From Candidatus Omnitrophota bacterium (lineage in GTDB: Bacteria; Omnitrophota; Gorgyraeia; Gygaellales; Profunditerraquicolaceae): a stretch of DNA of 64,000 bases. The position numbers and the translations under genes are program-made. Location: NCBI GenBank assembly GCA_016208765.1, contig JACQXK010000071.1, positions 22,429 to 86,428 of the forward strand. The letters run 5' to 3'. The notes below the pieces were generated by a model, which saw nothing but the letters and a program-made list of their open reading frames with translations, was not told the origin of the DNA and searched no databases. Every line of letters begins with the position of its first letter. Positions within the stretch are counted from its first letter, which is position 1. This document shows, one piece after another, positions 58,001-64,000 of the stretch.

Positions 58001-58615
58001 TCATAATAAAGCAAAGAGATTAATTTTGGCGTATTCGTGATTTGCAACATGTGGCTTTTCATCCGCGAAAAAGCTCAATTCCAGTTTTTTGTCCTGGGTA
58101 ACCGCTACTCCCTGTGCGAGGATCGTCTTAACTTTTTCAGATGGATCAAAATAATTTGTCACAAAGAAATCTTTACGCGTCCAGCTGTAATCCTTTATTC
58201 TCGCATCCTCTGATAAATCCTTGTCATAGATCTGAACTGCCCTACAGGAATTTCCCTTGAGGCTAATAAGTATAGGATGTGTTCCAAAATAATCAGCACC
58301 AGTCTCTCCCCAATTAGTCACAATGTATGAGCCGACACGCTGAGCATTCTCAAGTTCAAGCGGCCGAGGATAGCCAACTGAGTCAGGGACAACAGGCGCA
58401 AAGCGATAAATAAGCTTAGAATTTTTATAGACTGCCAGATATGATTGCGGTTGATGCGTGTCTGTTTTTATCACCACGGTATAATCGGTTCTAGATCTTA
58501 AAAAATATCGTAAGCCAATCCCGACACATACCGCAGCGACGCAGATAATAATTAGAATCCTTACTCTCATCGTAATCCCTATTTTTGTCATTAATTGGCT
58601 ATGCGGAAACTTCAA
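58001..58615 (-). CDS. hypothetical membrane-anchored periplasmic protein (weak YkuD-like H…SCR motif)
   Basis: N-terminal TM; FGTHPILISLKGNSCRAV faintly recalls L,D-transpeptidase active site. Confidence 0.3.
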   Translation of the reverse strand: MKFPHSQLMTKIGITMRVRILIIICVAAVCVGIGLRYFLRSRTDYTVVIKTDTHQPQSYLAVYKNSKLIYRFAPVVPDSVGYPRPLELENAQRVGSYIVTNWGETGADYFGTHPILISLKGNSCRAVQIYDKDLSEDARIKDYSWTRKDFFVTNYFDPSEKVKTILAQGVAVTQDKKLELSFFADEKPHVANHEYAKINLFALL

Positions 58616-58684
58616 AAATTGAATCCTAATTCTGGAAACAATACTTATTTCTGATTAAATACTAAGTCCCCGGAATTCATTCCC

Positions 58685-59920
58685 TTATTTTGAGAATTTT
58701 ATGCGTAAGAGCGCTACGAAAACAAGCAACGCGCTAAAAGTTAGAGGAGAATAAAAATAGAGCTTATTTGTAAATTCTTTGCCAAAAATTGAATACATGG
58801 TGCTGATATTAAGCAAATATGAGCCAGTGAGCAGGAAAATTAAAAGCTTCTCTTTAAACCCGGTTTTGATTAAATGATAACATATTACCATGTATGGAAA
58901 CAAGAGAAATATAAAAGTGGGTTTCCACGCATTCAAATTAAATAAAACCACGCAGACTGAAAGCAATCCGTAATCAACATAATAACAAAAAGGAGTATCT
59001 TTTTTATCAGTCTTCTTACAATATTTTAGAAGCGACAATCCATAGAGTATCACCGCCAGAAAAATAAATATTAGTTTTACCTGAGCCTGATTAAGATTGA
59101 ATGACCCAAACGGCATCGGAGGTGAATCAACCCAGTATTTCTTGCATCCAGGAGTGAATGAGCGTTGGCATAAACTAAGCATTGATTGATTCCTGGAGTC
59201 AAGAATAGTAGTTTCATCCAAAATAGAGCTTTGCGTCAGAAACGGCGCCCAAGCCTTAACATATTGTAAATTACTCTTCATTCCTATAAATACCCCTGGC
59301 AGCAAGAAGTAAATACCCATAAAGCAGATAATTGCACCCGCCAGTTTAAATTTACGCCTAAGGATAAAATAAGGAAGAAATATTATTGGCGTATATTTTA
59401 TCATGATGGAAAAGGCAAAAAACGCAGCGCCTAACAGCTCCCTTTTCTTTGAAGCGTAATACAATCCGGAGATCATGCTTGCGAGCATAAGTATATTTGA
59501 CTGGCCACTGTCAAGATTATGCAGAATGAATCTAAACGTACCCAAAAGGCCAAGTGCATATAACAAAAAGGTCTCTCTAGAACTTAAGGCGGCTTCACGC
59601 ACGAGCATCTTCTTTAGCAACACGAACATAATGATACATAATATAAAATTCAGGCTAAACCAAACAGTGTCCGCCGCTGACTGGTTCAATAATGCAAGGC
59701 CCGACATTAGTAATGCTACAACAGGAGTATATCTAAATTCGGCTGTTTCTTGGTCTCGCAGAACATAAATATCCTGATGCGCCAGCATCCTTTGCCCAGT
59801 GATATAAAAACAATTAAAATCTCCGTATTTACGGGTAGAAGCGCGATATTTATGGCTAATGAATAACCCCGTGAAAAGAATAACGCAGAAAATTATAACT
59901 GCAACTTTGTATTTTGGCAT
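58685..59920 (-). CDS. polytopic membrane protein, GT-C/DUF2029-like glycosyltransferase candidate
   Basis: 411 aa, ~10 TM. Confidence 0.35.
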   Translation of the reverse strand: MPKYKVAVIIFCVILFTGLFISHKYRASTRKYGDFNCFYITGQRMLAHQDIYVLRDQETAEFRYTPVVALLMSGLALLNQSAADTVWFSLNFILCIIMFVLLKKMLVREAALSSRETFLLYALGLLGTFRFILHNLDSGQSNILMLASMISGLYYASKKRELLGAAFFAFSIMIKYTPIIFLPYFILRRKFKLAGAIICFMGIYFLLPGVFIGMKSNLQYVKAWAPFLTQSSILDETTILDSRNQSMLSLCQRSFTPGCKKYWVDSPPMPFGSFNLNQAQVKLIFIFLAVILYGLSLLKYCKKTDKKDTPFCYYVDYGLLSVCVVLFNLNAWKPTFIFLLFPYMVICYHLIKTGFKEKLLIFLLTGSYLLNISTMYSIFGKEFTNKLYFYSPLTFSALLVFVALLRIKFSK

Positions 59921-60103
59921 GATTTTATAGTGTTGCGTTGGAAGGCATTGCTAGACAAATCTGATTTTCTGTATTCAAATATTTGTTTGTAGCTATCGGG
60001 TAATTTTAGGGACACAATGCGCTGTCCCCGGAACTTCAAAACTTCATCAAAGGCCTGGCACCTTGGGGAATGTCACCGGGACCTCCTATGCCTATAATAC
60101 AAC

Positions 60104-62671
60104 TTATTGACAGATTTTTACGGCTGGAATACCTATTTTATTTTCTATTCTCTGTTTATCTTTATAATCAATATGGTGCAGAGAACAGTGATCAACAATC
60201 ATGAACTTCATAACCCTTTTTGCTGTTTCAGAAAAATCTTCTTCATGCAGTTTTTCGACTATTTTTTCAATCTGAAGATTTTTCTTGTACCACATCAGAA
60301 TTCCATGTAGCACTAAGAAAAAGGCTGGGTTATTTTCTTTTTCGCATACATTAACAGCAATTTCAGTTAACTTGTCGGAGCCCAATGAATGCACAATCTT
60401 ATAAATAATACCACATACCACAAAAATATTTGAATTCCAAAATATCTTTTTTGCTATTTTTTCAAGCTCCTCTTCACTCAGTTTCTTATTTTTTGTTTCA
60501 TTTTCTTTTATAATTTTCTTCAATCTGTCTGATATAAAAGTAATTATAGTTTTTTGTCCTTCCTTATCTTTTATTATTGCGAAGAAAGAAGATAAAATCC
60601 TTAAATGAAGTTTCATGCCTGCCTCAAAAATTTCTTCTAGTTTTGGCTTCTCTAAAGAACCAGACCGATTTTTGATAATACACCCCATTACTTCTACTGT
60701 TCTTATGGCTCGTCTTAATTCCTTACCCAATGAATCTTCTAGGTCTTCATCTCTTTGATTTTGTTCCTTTTTCGATTGTTCATGGTGGTCTTGAATCTTT
60801 AGTCTTCCATTTCTTTCCATCTCAGGAGTTACATTATCGGGTGGCAAGGCTGCCTTAATAATACTCTCGACTTCTTCATCAAAGAATTTAACTTCCTCTT
60901 TTGTTAAAGTTGCCTCTTTATATTTATCAAATAAACATAACGCATTAAGATTAATATCGTTAAGGATATTCTCATTTTTCGAATGATGTACCATAAAAAC
61001 TGCAATATAAGCATTTTCGTTAACATGTAGATTATTCATTATCTTTTCTATTTCTTTTTTATTCTCCTCAAAATGTTCTGCGATATGTTTAGCAGCAAAA
61101 AAGTAATAAAGATACGAATGTGTGAATGAATAGTTATTAAGACTACCTCTTGAAACAATCTGGATTAGATTTTTAAGTAAAGTTGCGGTTTTAATAGGAA
61201 AATTAAATTTCTTCTGATAAAATTCCATAAATTTTGCAAAATCATCAACGGATAACTCTATTTTCTTTTCTTTGTAAATATAGAAAGCGAATTCAGTTAA
61301 GAAATTAATGTAAATATCAATTTCATCATTTTTTACTCCCTGTTTCCTTAAATAAAAGAATATTAAAGCCTGATAACAGTAACCCTGAGATGTTATTTCT
61401 TGATCAAGAGGTATTGCAAATGTATCGTAAGTAACTATAGCTGACAAAATAAAAAAAGGATACGCAGGAAGAATGCCCTTATCAATATTCTTGCCTAAAA
61501 TACTATCTGTCAGCTCTACCTTTTCATCAATGCTTTTGTAGCTATCAACGGATTTTATTTCTCTATTTGCCAAGCTTGTCCATTTTTTGATTAATTCGCA
61601 TCTTAACGAAGGCTTAAATTCCTTTATCTTAAAGTGGTTAAATGCTCCAATAAGCTTTTCGTCTCTGACATTTAAACCAAAAATGTCATCCACAATAACG
61701 ATACAATGAGAATAGACAGATAAAGCCTTAATATTCTTTTCCTTGTCTTTTGCGAGATAAAAATCATCAACTATCGGCACTATCCTCTCTTTATCGATTT
61801 GATCTAAATTGATACCCTCATATTGTTGATGAAATAAATAAGTTATTTTATTTTCAATCTTTCCCTTAAATTGATTCTCGCTATCATATACATAAACTGG
61901 AACAAAATTATGTTTTCGTAGCTCTTTGAAAATCATTTTGCACAATGCTGTTTTTCCTGACTGACCATCTCCTGCTATAAGAATCCTGGGATAATCCAAA
62001 AGATTTCTAATTAGTTCCTCTGAATTCATTTCTGCTTCGTATTCTCGTAACGCATTGAACTTACCCAAAGGGGGATACACAAAAATATCATCTAAAGAAA
62101 CTATTTCCTTCTGCGAGTGTGCCTTTGTTAGCATCTCAGCATTTTGTAAAAAGCTTTCAAATTCTCCTGTAACCTTAAGTTGTCTTATCTTTGCCTCTTT
62201 TTCAATTACCGTTTTCAGCCCTTCATAAACATTCTGCCATCCTTCGTCATGGTTTTTAAAATTAGAAACGGGGTTTCCATCGGTAGGCAAAACTAATAGC
62301 TTAGAAATGTCCACATCATCTGGCCATCCACAACTTGATAGAATAATTGAAACAACAGCTATTCCTTTCTTTTTTCTAAGCTCCATTGCTTTTGCTTTTT
62401 CCTTCAAGCAATTAGAAGAATTTAAAAAATTGGCAGATACAAATAGGCATATTATATCTACATCTTCTAAATTGTTATCGATTTTGCTCTGGTAATCATC
62501 ACCCGGTATAATCTTACGATCATACCATTCAATTATTGAATCATTATTCTTAAGAGGCGCTATATGTTTCCTAAATTGCTCAATATAAGGATTCTTAGTA
62601 AGGTTATCCTCGTGCGAGTATGCGATAAAAATCTTTAGTTTTGCATTTTCTTCCATTGTACTAACCTCCAT
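60104..62671 (-). CDS. TIR-domain protein fused to STAND/NACHT-like P-loop NTPase and long helical C-terminus (antiphage-type architecture)
   Basis: TIR blocks KIFIAYSHEDN … ICLFVSANFLNSSNCLKE; Walker A ILIAGDGQSGKTA; Walker B-like CIVIVDD; ~450-aa helical C-terminus. Confidence 0.7.
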   Translation of the reverse strand: MEVSTMEENAKLKIFIAYSHEDNLTKNPYIEQFRKHIAPLKNNDSIIEWYDRKIIPGDDYQSKIDNNLEDVDIICLFVSANFLNSSNCLKEKAKAMELRKKKGIAVVSIILSSCGWPDDVDISKLLVLPTDGNPVSNFKNHDEGWQNVYEGLKTVIEKEAKIRQLKVTGEFESFLQNAEMLTKAHSQKEIVSLDDIFVYPPLGKFNALREYEAEMNSEELIRNLLDYPRILIAGDGQSGKTALCKMIFKELRKHNFVPVYVYDSENQFKGKIENKITYLFHQQYEGINLDQIDKERIVPIVDDFYLAKDKEKNIKALSVYSHCIVIVDDIFGLNVRDEKLIGAFNHFKIKEFKPSLRCELIKKWTSLANREIKSVDSYKSIDEKVELTDSILGKNIDKGILPAYPFFILSAIVTYDTFAIPLDQEITSQGYCYQALIFFYLRKQGVKNDEIDIYINFLTEFAFYIYKEKKIELSVDDFAKFMEFYQKKFNFPIKTATLLKNLIQIVSRGSLNNYSFTHSYLYYFFAAKHIAEHFEENKKEIEKIMNNLHVNENAYIAVFMVHHSKNENILNDINLNALCLFDKYKEATLTKEEVKFFDEEVESIIKAALPPDNVTPEMERNGRLKIQDHHEQSKKEQNQRDEDLEDSLGKELRRAIRTVEVMGCIIKNRSGSLEKPKLEEIFEAGMKLHLRILSSFFAIIKDKEGQKTIITFISDRLKKIIKENETKNKKLSEEELEKIAKKIFWNSNIFVVCGIIYKIVHSLGSDKLTEIAVNVCEKENNPAFFLVLHGILMWYKKNLQIEKIVEKLHEEDFSETAKRVMKFMIVDHCSLHHIDYKDKQRIENKIGIPAVKICQ

Positions 62672-62690
62672 AAAGATATTCTATAAAGTC

Positions 62691-62868
62691 TTATTTTCTG
62701 CCAACTAATTCATCAATTGAAATTTCAAAAAAATCTGCCAATTTAGAAAGCGTCCCAATAGTTGAATTTTTGCTTTACCAGATTCGATTTTAGAAATCGT
62801 ATTATAGATTACGGGGACATTCCCGAAAGGAACACTTCCCCTTATAAAAAATTGAACCACAATCTATT
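62691..62868 (-). pseudogene. degraded XRE-family HTH gene remnant
   Basis: Frame 1 encodes …TLSKLADFFEISIDELVGRK*; shifted frame upstream encodes …NTISKIESGKAKI; no ATG, internal frameshift/stops. Confidence 0.3.
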
Positions 62869-62939
62869 GATCTGTAACTAATTATAAGCGTCTAGCCCGT
62901 CAACCTGGGGAGCACCCCCGGAACCATTCTCAATTGGTT

Positions 62940-63995
62940 TCATTTTCCAGATTTGGTTCGGTTATCTTGTTTGCACAACATTTGGCAATTCACTGCAACA
63001 GTCTTTCCACTTTCATGCCAAGGCTTTATATGATCAGCTTCCATTTCTTCTATATCAAAGCGCTTCTTGCATTTTACGCATTTACCTTTTTGTCTTTCGT
63101 ATGCTTCTCTCTTTTGTTTATCTGTAAATGCCCTAATATTTAAAAATTTTTCATCTCGTGTTAAAACATATGGATAAATGCCTGATTTTTTTGTTACATC
63201 TTCATCCTGCATTAATTCTTTGATCTCGGCCTCCAGTTTGCTAGCGCTCATTTTCTTATCTTTGAATTCGTTATACAGCTCACCCCATTGCACGCTATTC
63301 ATCTCTCGGCGATAATTTATAAAAATCTTTCGCACCCAAGCAATCACATCTTGAAAATACTGCCACAATTTTTCAGCATTCTGATCATGCTGATGTTTAG
63401 CCATATAATCTTCTATCTGGCCGTCGTTGATCCAAAAAAGTGCGATTTCTAAATATTCCTGCCGGATTGGCGTACCGCTGACTAATTGGCCCCCGTCATT
63501 TGCTAACCGGTATGCCGCACAATTTGATTTGCTAAATTTTAATTTCGCGTCACTAAGCCACGGTCCGGTATAAACAGCGTTACGGATTTCCTGGTCGTTA
63601 ACTTTTTCTCCGTAGGTGTTGATAATCCTAAACCAATCTAGCCGTTCTTTGTCCGTGCCTTCGCAGAAGTAAATCATTAGTTCATAATCAAAAATTTTAT
63701 CCTGTTCCTCTTTCGTTAGATTATGAAAATATCGGTCGTTCAATGAAAAATCTCCATTAACATATTGCCCGATGCTGATGGTGCGCTGTTGGCCGTCCAG
63801 CATCTCGTAACCGCCATCTTCTCTGATCATCCAATACATCACATTCAACGGAAAGCTATTTTTGATAGTTTCTATCACGGCATTGCGCTGTTTTTCTTTG
63901 TAAACAAATTCGCGCTGATATTTCGGGCGGATATCAAGCTTGCCGTTATAAGCCATCACGCCCTCTTCGGCGCTGTCTTTATAGCCCTCAATCAC
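62940..63995 (-). CDS. DUF262 (ParB/GmrS-like NTPase-nuclease) + C-terminal HNH endonuclease; GmrSD-like type IV restriction-type protein
   Basis: DIRPKYQREFVY … LDGQQRT (DUF262 DGQQR motif); C-terminal CVKCKKRF…ADHIKPWHESGKT…NCQMLCKQDN (HNH); N-terminus abuts window end. Confidence 0.75.
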   Translation of the reverse strand: MIEGYKDSAEEGVMAYNGKLDIRPKYQREFVYKEKQRNAVIETIKNSFPLNVMYWMIREDGGYEMLDGQQRTISIGQYVNGDFSLNDRYFHNLTKEEQDKIFDYELMIYFCEGTDKERLDWFRIINTYGEKVNDQEIRNAVYTGPWLSDAKLKFSKSNCAAYRLANDGGQLVSGTPIRQEYLEIALFWINDGQIEDYMAKHQHDQNAEKLWQYFQDVIAWVRKIFINYRREMNSVQWGELYNEFKDKKMSASKLEAEIKELMQDEDVTKKSGIYPYVLTRDEKFLNIRAFTDKQKREAYERQKGKCVKCKKRFDIEEMEADHIKPWHESGKTVAVNCQMLCKQDNRTKSGK

Positions 63996-64000
63996 TTTAC

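Noticed and set aside
1-64000. CRISPR arrays, rRNA genes, transposases/integrases
   Set aside because: No regularly spaced direct repeats, no rRNA-like conserved stretches, and no transposase or integrase-like ORFs were recognised anywhere in the window.

Overview
This 64-kb window is a gene-dense, low-GC bacterial chromosomal segment; genes are almost all on the minus strand. The codon usage and the presence of a TolC-like outer-membrane factor suggest a Gram-negative-type, probably uncultured, anaerobe; I cannot place the lineage with confidence. All observations come from reading the ORF translations and the raw sequence by eye. No searches were run.

Core content, in order along the window:
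- prmA (partial, 1-706).
- A MacB / adaptor / TolC-like efflux operon (710-4797) with an AbrB-like regulator and a perfect 14-bp inverted-repeat operator.
- A DedA membrane protein, a class A beta-lactamase-like serine hydrolase and an Ntn (choloylglycine) hydrolase.
- A tRNA-Asn(GUU) gene interrupted by a 194-nt group I intron carrying canonical R/S core elements.
- corA, an ABC-F ATPase, recR, dnaX, an OsmC-like protein and an addA-addB helicase-nuclease pair.
- A trehalose cluster: TreT-like GT4, a hypothetical, OtsB, and an OtsA fused to an N-terminal transmembrane sensor/HAMP module.
- tRNA-Ser(GCU), tadA next to its substrate tRNA-Arg(ACG).
- A 12-gene group-4 (Mbh/Mrp-type) energy-converting [NiFe] hydrogenase operon with the HycI protease.
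- A CrtI-family oxidoreductase, an alpha/beta hydrolase and a DUF482-like protein.
- An operon of two radical SAM enzymes (B12-binding and SplB-like), a DUF362 Fe-S protein and a PNP/MTAN-family nucleosidase.
- A Wzx-like flippase, queC, and a signalling operon (MEDS-PAS sensor, NMT1-like binding protein, PAS histidine kinase, receiver).
- An M15 peptidase and an orphan CpaF-like secretion ATPase.
- At the 3' end, an AT-rich candidate defence islet: an 855-aa TIR-STAND NTPase plus a DUF262-HNH (GmrSD-like) nuclease, with a degraded HTH remnant between them.

The most notable items are the intron-containing tRNA-Asn, the TIR-STAND/DUF262-HNH islet, the sensor-OtsA fusion, the rSAM/DUF362/nucleosidase operon and a promoter/terminator-bounded ~100-nt candidate sRNA.
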